From an uncultured Thermotogae bacterium (GTDB lineage: Bacteria; Bipolaricaulota; Bipolaricaulia; UBA7950; UBA9294): DNA of 61,469 nt. Position 1 is the stretch's first letter. Each line of letters begins with the position of its first letter. The notes under the pieces are model-generated. The model searched no databases. It worked only from the letters and a program-made list of their open reading frames with translations, and was not told the origin of the DNA. Where the stretch lies: positions 1 through 61,469 of the forward strand of contig CAZGXU010000005.1 of assembly GCA_964530075.1 (NCBI GenBank), written 5' to 3'. Below are positions 26,035 through 35,655 of the stretch, piece by piece. The position numbers and the translations under genes are program-made.

Positions 26035-27978
26035 ATGAGAACTTGGCGCAGCATCTTGGCATCTGCGCTTCTTGTTGTGGTGGTCGCCATCACGGCGGTC
26101 GCCTACCAAGAAGCGCCGATGTTCGAGAGACTCGTGGCAGAAGGGAAGCTACCACCTGTGGAGGAGCGCCTTCCCGAGAACCCGCGCGTTCTCGAACCGC
26201 TCAGCATCGGGCGGTACGGCGGAACGGCGCACGTCTACACCAATTCGCAGTTCTGGCTTTGGAGCGGAGAGATCGTCGGCTTCGATTGGCTCCTGACAAT
26301 CGACGCCAACTACGATTGGGGAATCCCGAACATCCTCGAAAGCTACGAGTTCAATGAAGACGCCACGGCCGTGACGTTGCACCTTCGCAAGGGACTGAAG
26401 TATAGCGACGGCGTCGAATTCACGACCGAGGACTTCCTCTTCAACTGGGAGTACGTCTATCAGAACACCGATCTGTTCGCTGAGATTCCCTATTTCATGG
26501 TGGTCAACGGAGAGCCGCTCGTCATGACGGCAGTCGATGACTATACCCTGCTCATCGAGTTTGCGGCTCCGAATGCCCTGTTCCTGAACCTGCTATCGGG
26601 AGCGGGCGCCACGCAGACGTGGCAATGGTGGTACGGGTTGTTCATGCCGGCACACTACTGCAAGCAGTTCCATCCCGCCTTCGTCGGCCAGGACACGGTC
26701 GACGCTGCGGCGGAGGCCGCCGGCTTGGCGAGCTGGGTGGACTACTTCTGGACCAACGCGGGAGGGTACTTCGGCATCCAAGAGCAGCCGTACACGGAAA
26801 TGAGTCCCGTCCTGACGCCCTATATCTGCGTCGAGCGGACACCGGAGCGTGCGGTCTGGGAGCGAAACGCGTACTACTGGAAGGTCGACACGGAGGGGAA
26901 CCAGCTTCCGTACATCGACCGGGTGATTCTCCACTTCGTGGAGTCGACCGACGTCGTCGACGGGAAGATCATCTCCGGCGAGGTCGATGCCGAGTGGCTT
27001 CTGGCCGGCCTCGACTCGCTTCCGGTCTACATCGACAACCAGGACATCGGCGGGTACGAGGTGCGGCTCTACGATACGCCGGCGATGGGCGCCCTCTCAC
27101 TGAACCTGACCCATCCGGATCCCGTGATCCGTGCGATCTTCAACGACCTGCGGTTCCGTCAGGCGCTCTCCCTGGCGCTCAACCGCGACGAGCTGAACGA
27201 GGCGACATCGCTCGGCCTGGCAACACCGCGTTCGATGTCCGTTCCGAAGGAATCTCCGTACTACGTGGAGGGAGGCGACACCGCGTACATCGAGTACGAC
27301 CCGACCGAGGCCGAGCGACTTCTCGATGAAATGGGCCTCGACCAGAAGGACGCGGACGGCTTCCGCCTCCGTCCGGACGGCGAGCGGCTCCGGCTGACGA
27401 TCGAAGCGGCCGAAGTGGACGCGGGCCTTGAGCTTATCCGCGAGTACTGGCGTGCCGTGGGCATCGACGTCGAAGTGAAGGCGCAGACGCAGGATCTCCT
27501 CAACGAGCGCGTCGCGGCGAACCTGATCGACATCATGCCGGTTGGCGTTGAGTTCAACATCGAGCCGGCCTTCTCCATGCTTCCGCAGTTCTACGTGCCG
27601 CTGACGTACACGTGGCCGGGACTGTGGGCCAACCAGTGGTCGCTCTACAACATCACGAGCGGGACGCAGGGCGAGCAGCCGCCGGAGAAGATCCAGCAGC
27701 TCATCGACTGGTACGGGGAGATCATGACAGCGCAGACGGTCGAAGACCGGATCGAGCCGGCGCAGAACATCATGGCGTCGCACCGGGACAACCTCTGGCA
27801 GATCGGGACGCTCGGCGGGGCGCCTTGGCCGGTCATCGTCAAGAACGATCTGATGAACGTCCCCGAGACGGGTTTGATGACGTGGGATCTCAACCGCATG
27901 CTGCCGTACGAGCCTTGCACCTGGTACTTCCTGGGCCGGGCTGCCATTCTGGAGCCTTGGCCGGGGCGGTTCGAGTAG
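26035..27978 (+). CDS. ABC substrate-binding protein, family 5 (oligosaccharide/oligopeptide type)
   Basis: About 647 aa. N-terminal membrane anchor/signal, then LVAEGKLPPVEERLPENPRVLEP...GRYGG, typical of large family-5 SBPs. ATG 26035 lies 7 nt after AAGGAGG. Confidence 0.9.
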   Translation: MRTWRSILASALLVVVVAITAVAYQEAPMFERLVAEGKLPPVEERLPENPRVLEPLSIGRYGGTAHVYTNSQFWLWSGEIVGFDWLLTIDANYDWGIPNILESYEFNEDATAVTLHLRKGLKYSDGVEFTTEDFLFNWEYVYQNTDLFAEIPYFMVVNGEPLVMTAVDDYTLLIEFAAPNALFLNLLSGAGATQTWQWWYGLFMPAHYCKQFHPAFVGQDTVDAAAEAAGLASWVDYFWTNAGGYFGIQEQPYTEMSPVLTPYICVERTPERAVWERNAYYWKVDTEGNQLPYIDRVILHFVESTDVVDGKIISGEVDAEWLLAGLDSLPVYIDNQDIGGYEVRLYDTPAMGALSLNLTHPDPVIRAIFNDLRFRQALSLALNRDELNEATSLGLATPRSMSVPKESPYYVEGGDTAYIEYDPTEAERLLDEMGLDQKDADGFRLRPDGERLRLTIEAAEVDAGLELIREYWRAVGIDVEVKAQTQDLLNERVAANLIDIMPVGVEFNIEPAFSMLPQFYVPLTYTWPGLWANQWSLYNITSGTQGEQPPEKIQQLIDWYGEIMTAQTVEDRIEPAQNIMASHRDNLWQIGTLGGAPWPVIVKNDLMNVPETGLMTWDLNRMLPYEPCTWYFLGRAAILEPWPGRFE

Positions 27979-28064
27979 GATCGGGTTCTCAATCGCGTGA
28001 GGGCTTCCGCTCCGCGTGAGCGGGGGCCCTCGCATCCTCATCGCCGAGGCGGAGAAGGGAAGGC

Positions 28065-29048
28065 ATGGGCAGCTATCTCCTGGGGCGTGCCGTGTACGCG
28101 CTCGTCGCGATCTTCATCATCTCCGTCGTTTCCTTCGTGTTGATTCAGGCTCCACCCGGGGACTACCTCACGTCTCAGCTCACGCGACTGCAGGCGTCGG
28201 GGCGGAGGTTGGACGACGCCACAGTCGAGAGAATGAAGGAGCAGTACGGTTTGGACAAGCCGATCTACGTCCAGTACGGCAGGTGGATCGCCCAGATGTT
28301 CCGCGGAAACTTCGGTCAATCCTTGTACTACAACTACTCGGTGCTCCGTCTCCTCGGGGACTACATGCCCATGACGATCATCCTCGCCCTGATCACGCTC
28401 GTGTTCATCTACGTCCTCTCGATCCCGATCGGGATCTTCACCGCGGTGAAGCAGTACTCCGTCTTCGACTACCTGTTCACCGTACTCGGCTTCATCGGCC
28501 TTTCGGTCCCGAACTTCGTGCTCGCGCTCGTCGTCATGTTCTTCTTCTACAAGACGTTCGGGATCAGCATCGGCGGCCTCTTCTCCCTCGAGTACGCGGA
28601 CGCGGCGTGGAGCTGGGCGAAGTTCGTCGACCTCGTCCACCACCTGTGGGCTCCGGTCATCGTCGTCGGGATCGCCGGCACAGCGGGAATCATCCGCGTT
28701 ATTCGGGCCGCGATGCTCGACGAGCTCGGGAAGGACTACATGCAGGTCGCGCGAGCGAAGGGGCTTTCGGAGTTCCGACTGCTCATGAAGTACCCGGTCC
28801 GGGTCGCGCTGAACCCGATCCTGAGCACGGTCGGATGGCAGCTCCCGAACATCATCGGCGGTTTCGTCATCGCGGGGATCGTCCTGAACCTGCCGATCAT
28901 CGGCCCGGTGCTGCTCAACGCCCTGACGGCCCAGGACATGTATCTGGCCGGTGCCATCGTCCTCCTACTGAGCGTTATGACGGTGCTGGGAACGATCCTC
29001 TCGGACGTCACGCTGGCGATCGCGGATCCGCGGATTCGCTACTACTGA
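28065..29048 (+). CDS. ABC permease (DppB/OppB-like)
   Basis: 327 aa. MGSYLLGRAVYALVAIFIISVVSFVLIQAPPGDY N-terminus and EAA-loop region ...YMQVARAKGLSEFRLLMKY. Confidence 0.9.
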   Translation: MGSYLLGRAVYALVAIFIISVVSFVLIQAPPGDYLTSQLTRLQASGRRLDDATVERMKEQYGLDKPIYVQYGRWIAQMFRGNFGQSLYYNYSVLRLLGDYMPMTIILALITLVFIYVLSIPIGIFTAVKQYSVFDYLFTVLGFIGLSVPNFVLALVVMFFFYKTFGISIGGLFSLEYADAAWSWAKFVDLVHHLWAPVIVVGIAGTAGIIRVIRAAMLDELGKDYMQVARAKGLSEFRLLMKYPVRVALNPILSTVGWQLPNIIGGFVIAGIVLNLPIIGPVLLNALTAQDMYLAGAIVLLLSVMTVLGTILSDVTLAIADPRIRYY

Positions 29049-29061
29049 GAGCGAGGAAACG

Positions 29062-30177
29062 GTGCGACGCAAGAAACGAGACGGACGAGAACGGAAAAGC
29101 CTTTCCCATCGACAGTTGGTGTGGAGGCACTTCAAGCGGCATCGCCCGGCCTTGGTCGGGCTGGTGATCCTGACCCTGCTGTACGTGATGATCGCCCTCG
29201 CCGGGTTCGTCGCCCCGAACAATCCGACCGAACGTTTCTCCGGCCGGCGGTACAGCCCGCCGCAACCGATCCACTTCGTCGACGCCGACGGGCGGTTTCA
29301 CATCGTGCCGTTCGTCTACCGCGTGAGCGGCGAACTGAATCGAACCACGTTCCAGTACGAGTACGTGGAGGACACGAGTCGGATCTACCCGATTCACTTG
29401 TTCGTCCGAGGGGCGGAGTACAGGCTCTTCGGCCTGTTCACGACGAACGTCCATCTCTTCGGCGTCGGGACGGAGATCCCGTTCCTCCCCTTGGGAACGG
29501 ACCAGCTCGGACGATGCCTGCTCAGCCGGATCATCTTCGGATCGAGGATCTCGTTGACGATCGGTTTCCTCGGGACCGCCATCAGCCTCTTCCTTGGACT
29601 CCTCCTCGGTGGGGTCTCCGGCTACTACGGTGGTGTGCTCGACACGACCATCCAGCGGTTCACGGAGATCGTGCGATCGATCCCGACGCTTCCGCTCTGG
29701 ATGGCGCTGTCCGCCGCCCTTCCGCAGACCTGGTCGACAGTGACCACCTTCTTTGCGCTGGTGGCGATCCTGTCCCTGTTGGGCTGGACGGAGCTGGCAC
29801 GCGTCGTTCGCGGCAAGTTCATCTCGCTTCGGGAAGAGGATTTCGTGATGGCCGCGAAGGCGTGCGGCGCCTCCGAGACGAGGATCATCGCGTTCCACCT
29901 CGTTCCGAACTTCATGAGCTACGTGCTGGTCAGCATCACACTCTCCATCCCGGCGATGATCCTCGGAGAGACCGCGCTCAGCTTCCTCGGAATCGGCCTG
30001 CGGCCTCCGGTGATCAGCTGGGGCGTCCTCCTCCAGCAGGCGCAGAATTTCCAGACGGTGGCTCTCTACCCGTGGCTCCTCCTGCCGAGCCTGTTCGTCG
30101 TCGTCGCGGTGTTGGCGTTCAACGTCGTCGGAGACGGCCTGCGGGACGCGGCGGACCCGCATTCGATCCGAAGATGA
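29062..30177 (+). CDS. ABC permease (DppC/OppC-like)
   Basis: 371 aa. Binding-protein-dependent transport inner-membrane component pattern (PLGTDQLGRCLLSRIIFGSRISL..., EDFVMAAKACGASETRIIAFHLVPN). Confidence 0.9.
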   Translation: MRRKKRDGRERKSLSHRQLVWRHFKRHRPALVGLVILTLLYVMIALAGFVAPNNPTERFSGRRYSPPQPIHFVDADGRFHIVPFVYRVSGELNRTTFQYEYVEDTSRIYPIHLFVRGAEYRLFGLFTTNVHLFGVGTEIPFLPLGTDQLGRCLLSRIIFGSRISLTIGFLGTAISLFLGLLLGGVSGYYGGVLDTTIQRFTEIVRSIPTLPLWMALSAALPQTWSTVTTFFALVAILSLLGWTELARVVRGKFISLREEDFVMAAKACGASETRIIAFHLVPNFMSYVLVSITLSIPAMILGETALSFLGIGLRPPVISWGVLLQQAQNFQTVALYPWLLLPSLFVVVAVLAFNVVGDGLRDAADPHSIRR

Positions 30178-30212
30178 GCATGCTTCAGAAGGGATACGGA
30201 AAGGGTTGCACG

Positions 30213-31232
30213 ATGAACAGCAAAGAGCGCGTGATCGCGACGATCGAGTGCACCGGGCCGGATCGTCTGCCGTATCTCCCGGTCGTCGACGTCCGCCGGT
30301 TCATGCAGGATCGCCCCGAGGACGTACAGAGGGTCCTCGAAGTGATCCGGTCGGCACGAAACGACATCGTGATCGTGGAGAACAACGCTCCGCCCGGGTC
30401 GGAACCAACCTCGAGCTACCGTGCGATGGCGGAGGACGGGATCGACCAATGGGGAACGATCTGGAAGTCGGCCTACGCGTCGACGCACCCTCTCGCCGAC
30501 AACGACTTCGACCTCGACTCCTACGAGTTCCCAGATCCGAAGGCCGACGGCATCTTCCGGATCGCAGACGAGATGATGGCGGAGAACCCCGACAAGTACA
30601 TTGTGGCGCAGGTCTGGTGGACCCTGTTCGAGCGGATGCACCTCCTGCGTGGGTTCGAGAACGCGCTCATCGACTACTTGCAGTATCCGGAGAGATTCAA
30701 GCGGCTCCAGAAGATGGTCTTCGACTACGCCATGGCGCTTCTCGATCACTGGGTCGACACGGAAGTCGACGGGATCTACTTCAGCGACGACTGGGGCGAC
30801 AACAAGGACCTGCTGATCGATCCGGGCACGTGGCGGAAGCTCTGGAAGCCGCTGTACCGGGAGCTGTTCGGGCGGGTTCGAGAGGCCGGGATGCACGTGT
30901 GGCTCCACAGCTGCGGCAACGTCACGAAGATCGTTCCGGATCTGGTCGAGCTCGGGCTGAATGTGCTCAATCCGGTCCAGCCGCGCGCCCTCGACGTCGA
31001 GCGGCTTGCCAGGAAGTTCGGCGGGAAGCTCTGCTTCTACGGCGGAGTCGACTGCCAGCACACCCTGCCGCACGGCACGCCGGAGGACGTCCGCAAGGAG
31101 GTCAAGTACTACATCGACACCTTCGGACGGTTCAACGGCGGCTACATCGGCGGCGTCTCGCACACCGTCATCAGCGACGTCCCGTTGGAGAACATCGTCG
31201 CCTTGTACGAGGCGTTCGAGGAGTACTCGTAG
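30213..31232 (+). CDS. URO-D/MT2-family methyltransferase paralogue 2
   Basis: 339 aa. SKERVIATIECTGPDRLPY N-terminus, ...VWLHSCGNVTKIVPDLVELGLNVLNPVQP..., LCFYGGVDCQ. H-S-C-G-N motif present. ATG 30213 is in frame within the longer artefactual ORF 29121..31232. Confidence 0.85.
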   Translation: MNSKERVIATIECTGPDRLPYLPVVDVRRFMQDRPEDVQRVLEVIRSARNDIVIVENNAPPGSEPTSSYRAMAEDGIDQWGTIWKSAYASTHPLADNDFDLDSYEFPDPKADGIFRIADEMMAENPDKYIVAQVWWTLFERMHLLRGFENALIDYLQYPERFKRLQKMVFDYAMALLDHWVDTEVDGIYFSDDWGDNKDLLIDPGTWRKLWKPLYRELFGRVREAGMHVWLHSCGNVTKIVPDLVELGLNVLNPVQPRALDVERLARKFGGKLCFYGGVDCQHTLPHGTPEDVRKEVKYYIDTFGRFNGGYIGGVSHTVISDVPLENIVALYEAFEEYS

Positions 31233-31254
31233 ACGTGAGAAAGGCGGACGGATC

Positions 31255-32466
31255 GTGAACGCGAGGGAGCGGCTTCTGACCGTTCTTCGGCGAGACGGAA
31301 CACCCGATCGGGTCCCGTGGGCCCCTCTGATCGACGGCTACTACATGAGCGCCCGGCCGCCCGGAACCGACATCCTCGATGCGTTTCGCGAAGTCGAGGC
31401 CGACATCATGGAGCGCCACGTCTGGACCTACCGGGTCAACATGAACCTCCCGAGGGAGCCCGGGGCGATCGAGCGATTCCAGTCGGAGGGGGAGGTCACC
31501 TTCGAAGAGGAGGGCGTTGTCGTCCACCTGAAGATGGAGCCGCGTCCGAAGGGCATGCTGCTGACGAAGAGCTACGAGATTCCCGGGAGAACGCTGACCG
31601 AATCGGGGCTGTTCACCGAGCAATCGCCCTACCTCCCCTTCCCGGTCGAGCCGTTGCTCAAGTCCGTCGCAGACATGGAGGCGTACGAATATGTCATCAA
31701 GCGACGCCGGTTCGAGCCCAACTACGACGCGTTCATCCGGGAGGATGAGCGGATCGGCGCGGAGGGCATCGCGACCGACTCGGGTCTGACCTCGCCGATT
31801 CAGGAGCTGCTTCAGCATTCGATCGGCATCGAAGCCTTCTACACCACGTTCTACACCGAGCATCGTGCCGAGCTGGAATCCCTGATGAAGACGATGCACG
31901 AGAGCAACCTGCAAGCGTACGAGGTGATGGCGGACTCGCCGGCCGAGGTCGTGATCGGCTACGAGAACACGTCCACCAGCTTCATCTCCCCCGCCATCCA
32001 CAGGGAATTCGTGTCGCCCTGCATCAACGACTACGCCGACCTCCTGCACGAGAAGGACAAGATCTACCTGACCCATCGGTGCGGGACGCTCAGGGCGCTA
32101 GTCGACGCGATCCGAGACGAGCGGGACGACGGGGTGGTCGACATCAGTCCGGCGCCGACCGGCGACCTCCCGTTGTGGGAAGCGAAGGCGGCGTGGCCGG
32201 ACAAAATCGTTCTCGGGGGGTTCGACGCGACCTTTCTGACGAGTTGGACGCCGGACAGGATCCGCGACTACGCCGCGGAGATCCTCGAGAAGTCCGGTGG
32301 AATCGACCGGTTGATTCTTGGTAGCGCCGACGCCGTGCCGAAGACGGCGCGCGTCGAGAACCTCAGGGCCGTCGGTGAGTTCGTGAAGGAGCGAGCGACG
32401 GCAGAAATCGAAGGCAGGCCCGGCCCGAGCGCTGGGCGCGGAAGAAAGGACACGGAGGCAGAATGA
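31255..32466 (+). CDS. URO-D/MT2-family methyltransferase paralogue 3 (divergent)
   Basis: About 403 aa from GTG 31255. ARERLLTVLRRDGTPDRVPWAPL N-terminus, ...IYLTHRCGTLRALVDAI..., IVLGGFD. H-R-C-G in place of H-S-C-G. Basic/acidic low-complexity tail. Confidence 0.75.
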   Translation: MNARERLLTVLRRDGTPDRVPWAPLIDGYYMSARPPGTDILDAFREVEADIMERHVWTYRVNMNLPREPGAIERFQSEGEVTFEEEGVVVHLKMEPRPKGMLLTKSYEIPGRTLTESGLFTEQSPYLPFPVEPLLKSVADMEAYEYVIKRRRFEPNYDAFIREDERIGAEGIATDSGLTSPIQELLQHSIGIEAFYTTFYTEHRAELESLMKTMHESNLQAYEVMADSPAEVVIGYENTSTSFISPAIHREFVSPCINDYADLLHEKDKIYLTHRCGTLRALVDAIRDERDDGVVDISPAPTGDLPLWEAKAAWPDKIVLGGFDATFLTSWTPDRIRDYAAEILEKSGGIDRLILGSADAVPKTARVENLRAVGEFVKERATAEIEGRPGPSAGRGRKDTEAE

Positions 32467-33095
32467 GCGTACTGAAGGAAATCGGTGAGAGCGTCCTCTC
32501 GTACCAGCCGAAGAAGGCGGAGGAATTGACAAGGCGGGCCCTCGACGAAGGGAAGTCGGCGGCCGAGATCCTCAACGAGGGTCTCATCCCGGCGATGGAC
32601 ACCGTCGGCAAGAAGTACGAAGGCGGCGAGATCTACGTCCCGGAGATGCTGATGGCGGCGAAGTCGATGAAGGCGGCGCTGGCGATTCTTCGGCCGATCC
32701 TCGCGGAGACCGGGGTGGAGTCGAAGGGGAAGGTCGTGATCGGAACGGTCGAAGGCGACCTGCACGACATCGGACAGAACCTGGTCTCCATCATGCTCGA
32801 GGGCGCCGGCTACGACGTTCACAACCTGGGCATCGACAACACGGCCGACGCGTTCGTCGAAGCGGTGAAGGAGACGTCGCCCGACGTCGTGGCCATGTCT
32901 GCCCTCCTGACGACGACGATGATCCAGATGCCCGGAGTGATCGAGGGACTCAAGGAAGCCGGTCTTCGAGACGGGGTCAAGATCATCATCGGCGGCGCAC
33001 CGGTCACGGAGGAGTACGCGAATCAGATCGGCGCCGACGGCTACGCGAAGGACGCCGCGGCCGCGGTGACGTTGGTCAGGGACCTGCTCAAGTAG
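32463..33095 (+). CDS. Corrinoid protein (B12-binding, MtaC/MtbC/MtvC-like)
   Basis: 210 aa. N-terminal helical cap (B12-binding_2), then the cobalamin lower-ligand motif GTVEGDLHDIGQNLV (D-x-H-x-x-G), ...MSALLTTT..., GGAP. ATG overlaps the upstream stop (ATGA). Confidence 0.9.
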   Translation: MSVLKEIGESVLSYQPKKAEELTRRALDEGKSAAEILNEGLIPAMDTVGKKYEGGEIYVPEMLMAAKSMKAALAILRPILAETGVESKGKVVIGTVEGDLHDIGQNLVSIMLEGAGYDVHNLGIDNTADAFVEAVKETSPDVVAMSALLTTTMIQMPGVIEGLKEAGLRDGVKIIIGGAPVTEEYANQIGADGYAKDAAAAVTLVRDLLK

Positions 33096-33116
33096 GAGGA
33101 CGAGTCAGGAGGAGAC

Positions 33117-34346
33117 GTGGGCAGTTTTCCGTTGAAGGACCCGAAGCCGGACTTCGAGGCGCTCGAAGCCGTGGTGCTCGGACGGGCCGAGCCGAAGCGC
33201 GTTCACTTCGTCGAGGAGTTCGCCGACGTCGAGGTCATCGACTACATCGTACAGAACATGATGGAGGAGGACTTCCCGTCGCTCGACGAGACGTGGGCCT
33301 CCGCCGGGAGCGATTCGCACCTTCTCGCGAAGGCACAGAAGCTTCTCTCAGGCGGCGCGTTCAAAATGATCGACGGCGAGCCCGACGAGATTCGCATCAA
33401 GCGCGACATCGCCTTCTACCACCGGATGGGATTCGACTACCTCCCGGACCTCGCGCCGTGGCACATGATGTGTGCCATGTTCGGGACCCTGGCGACCGAG
33501 CAGGGATTGGCGAGTTCCTTCGAGAGTCACAGCGCTCCCGACACGGCGGACGAGAGCCTGTCCAGAGGGATGCGAAACTGGATGGAGGAGAAGATCGGCT
33601 TCGTTTCGTCCTGGGAGGACTTCGAGAGAATCCCGTGGGAGCGCGTCGACCTCGACATGCTCGGCATCGACGAGTACTACGCGTTCATGGCAAAGCACCT
33701 CCCCGACGGAATGAAAGTGACCGCGCTCGGCTGTACGTTCGGACCGGTAGTGACCACGCTCGGGTTCGAGACGATGTGCACCCTGCTCTACGAGGACCCG
33801 GACCTGGTCCGAGCCGTCGCGGAGAAGTGGGGGCGCTTAAACCTCGAGTTGTACGAACGGATGCTTTCCCACGAGTGCGTCGGCTTCGCGTGGCAGGCCG
33901 ACGACCTCGGGTACAAGACCCAGACGCTCCTCAGTCCGGCGCACCTGCGCGAGTACGTCCTTCCCTGGTTTGCACAGTACGCCGACCTCGCCCATCGCCA
34001 CGGCAAGATGCTCTGGCTCCATTCGTGCGGGAACATCTACGCAATCATGGAGGACCTGATCGAGGACGTCGGGATCGACGCGCAGCAATCGTTTCAGGAC
34101 GAGATCATGCCGATCACCGACTTCATGGACACCTACGGAGGCCGGATCGCCGGACTCGGAGGCGTGGACATGGACAAGCTCTGTCGCCTTCCGAAGCCGG
34201 AGCTGAGTGCGTATTGCCGCTCGATCCTCGACCACTGCATGCCCAAGGGCCGCTACGCCTACGGGACGGGCAACAGCGTCGCGAACTACGTCCCGCTCGA
34301 CAATTACCTTGCGATGATGGACGAGGGGTATCGGTACCGCGGATGA
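33117..34346 (+). CDS. URO-D/MT2-family methyltransferase paralogue 4
   Basis: 409 aa. C-terminal barrel LWLHSCGNIYAIMEDLIEDVGIDAQQSF...GLGGVDMDKLC...GTGNSVANYVP. First unit of a three-gene tandem array. Confidence 0.85.
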   Translation: MGSFPLKDPKPDFEALEAVVLGRAEPKRVHFVEEFADVEVIDYIVQNMMEEDFPSLDETWASAGSDSHLLAKAQKLLSGGAFKMIDGEPDEIRIKRDIAFYHRMGFDYLPDLAPWHMMCAMFGTLATEQGLASSFESHSAPDTADESLSRGMRNWMEEKIGFVSSWEDFERIPWERVDLDMLGIDEYYAFMAKHLPDGMKVTALGCTFGPVVTTLGFETMCTLLYEDPDLVRAVAEKWGRLNLELYERMLSHECVGFAWQADDLGYKTQTLLSPAHLREYVLPWFAQYADLAHRHGKMLWLHSCGNIYAIMEDLIEDVGIDAQQSFQDEIMPITDFMDTYGGRIAGLGGVDMDKLCRLPKPELSAYCRSILDHCMPKGRYAYGTGNSVANYVPLDNYLAMMDEGYRYRG

Positions 34347-34385
34347 GGGAGATCGAGCAGGCAGAATGAGAAAGGAATCGAAGGG

Positions 34386-35615
34386 ATGAGCACGTTCCCG
34401 CTGAAGGATCCGAAACCGGACTTCGAGGAACTGGAGAAGGTGCTGCTCGGACGAGCCGAGCCGAAACGCGTCCACTTCGTCGAGGAGTTCGCCGACGTCG
34501 AGGTGGTGGACTACATCGTACAGAACATGATGGAGGAGGACTTCCCTTCGCTCGACGAGACGTGGGCCTCCGCCGGGAGCGACTCGCACCTTCTGGCGAA
34601 GGTGCAGAAGTTCCTCTCCGGAAGCGCGCTGAAGCTGATCGACGGCGAACCGGACGAGATCCGCATCCGGCGCGACATCGCCTTCTACCATCGAATGGGG
34701 CTCGACTACCTCCCGGATCTCGCGCCGTGGTTTCTCATGGGCGTGTCGCTCGGCGCGCTGATGCGTCAGGCCGGTCTCTCGGGCGGCGGATCCCGAAACG
34801 CCCCGGACACAGCGGCCCAGGACGTGTCTCGAGGAGCGCGCAACTGGCAGGAGGAGACGTCGGGTCTGATTCGCTCCTGGGACGACTACGAGAAGGTCCC
34901 GTGGGATCGCGTCGACCTCGACATGCTCAACATCGACGAGTACTACCGGTTCGTCTCCGAGCACCTGCCGGACGGCATGACCGTCTCAGGCGTCGGATGC
35001 GTCTTCGATCCCGGACTCATCGGCACGTTCTTCGGGTTCGAGGACTTCTGCCTGCTCCTCTACGAGAACCCGGAGCTGATCCGCGCCGTGGCCGACCAGT
35101 GGGGACAGCTGAACCTGGAGCTCTACGAGCGGATCATGCCGCACGCGTGCGTCGGGTTCATGTGGCACGCCGACGACCTCGGCTACAAGACCCAGACGAT
35201 CATCAGCCCCGGCCATCTGCGGGAGTACGTCCTGCCGTGGCTGAAGAAGTACGCCGCCGTCGCCCATCGGCACGACAAGATGGTCTGGCTCCACTCGTGC
35301 GGGAACATCTACGCGATCATGGAGGACCTGATCGAGGACGTCCGGATCGACGCCAAGCAGTCGTTCGAGGACGCGATCCTGCCGATCACCGAGTTCATGG
35401 ACGTCTACGGGGACCGCGTCGCCGGCCTCGGCGGCGTCGACATGGACAAGCTCTGTCGGCTCGACGAGCCGGCGCTGCGAGCGTACTGCCGCTCGATCCT
35501 CGATCACTGCATGCCGAAGGGACGGTTCGCATTCGGGACGGGAAACACGGTCGCCAACTATGTCCCGATCGACAACTACCTGATCATGATGGAAGAGGGG
35601 CATCGATACCGGTAG
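34386..35615 (+). CDS. URO-D/MT2-family methyltransferase paralogue 5 (tandem duplicate of paralogue 4)
   Basis: 409 aa, same length as paralogue 4. The first ~75 residues are nearly identical, and about 34452-34609 is almost identical at nucleotide level to 33183-33340. H-S-C-G-N motif present. Confidence 0.85.
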   Translation: MSTFPLKDPKPDFEELEKVLLGRAEPKRVHFVEEFADVEVVDYIVQNMMEEDFPSLDETWASAGSDSHLLAKVQKFLSGSALKLIDGEPDEIRIRRDIAFYHRMGLDYLPDLAPWFLMGVSLGALMRQAGLSGGGSRNAPDTAAQDVSRGARNWQEETSGLIRSWDDYEKVPWDRVDLDMLNIDEYYRFVSEHLPDGMTVSGVGCVFDPGLIGTFFGFEDFCLLLYENPELIRAVADQWGQLNLELYERIMPHACVGFMWHADDLGYKTQTIISPGHLREYVLPWLKKYAAVAHRHDKMVWLHSCGNIYAIMEDLIEDVRIDAKQSFEDAILPITEFMDVYGDRVAGLGGVDMDKLCRLDEPALRAYCRSILDHCMPKGRFAFGTGNTVANYVPIDNYLIMMEEGHRYR

Positions 35616-35655
35616 GCTCCGACGGCCCGGAGGTCGGAAGAGACAGGAGGGCAGC

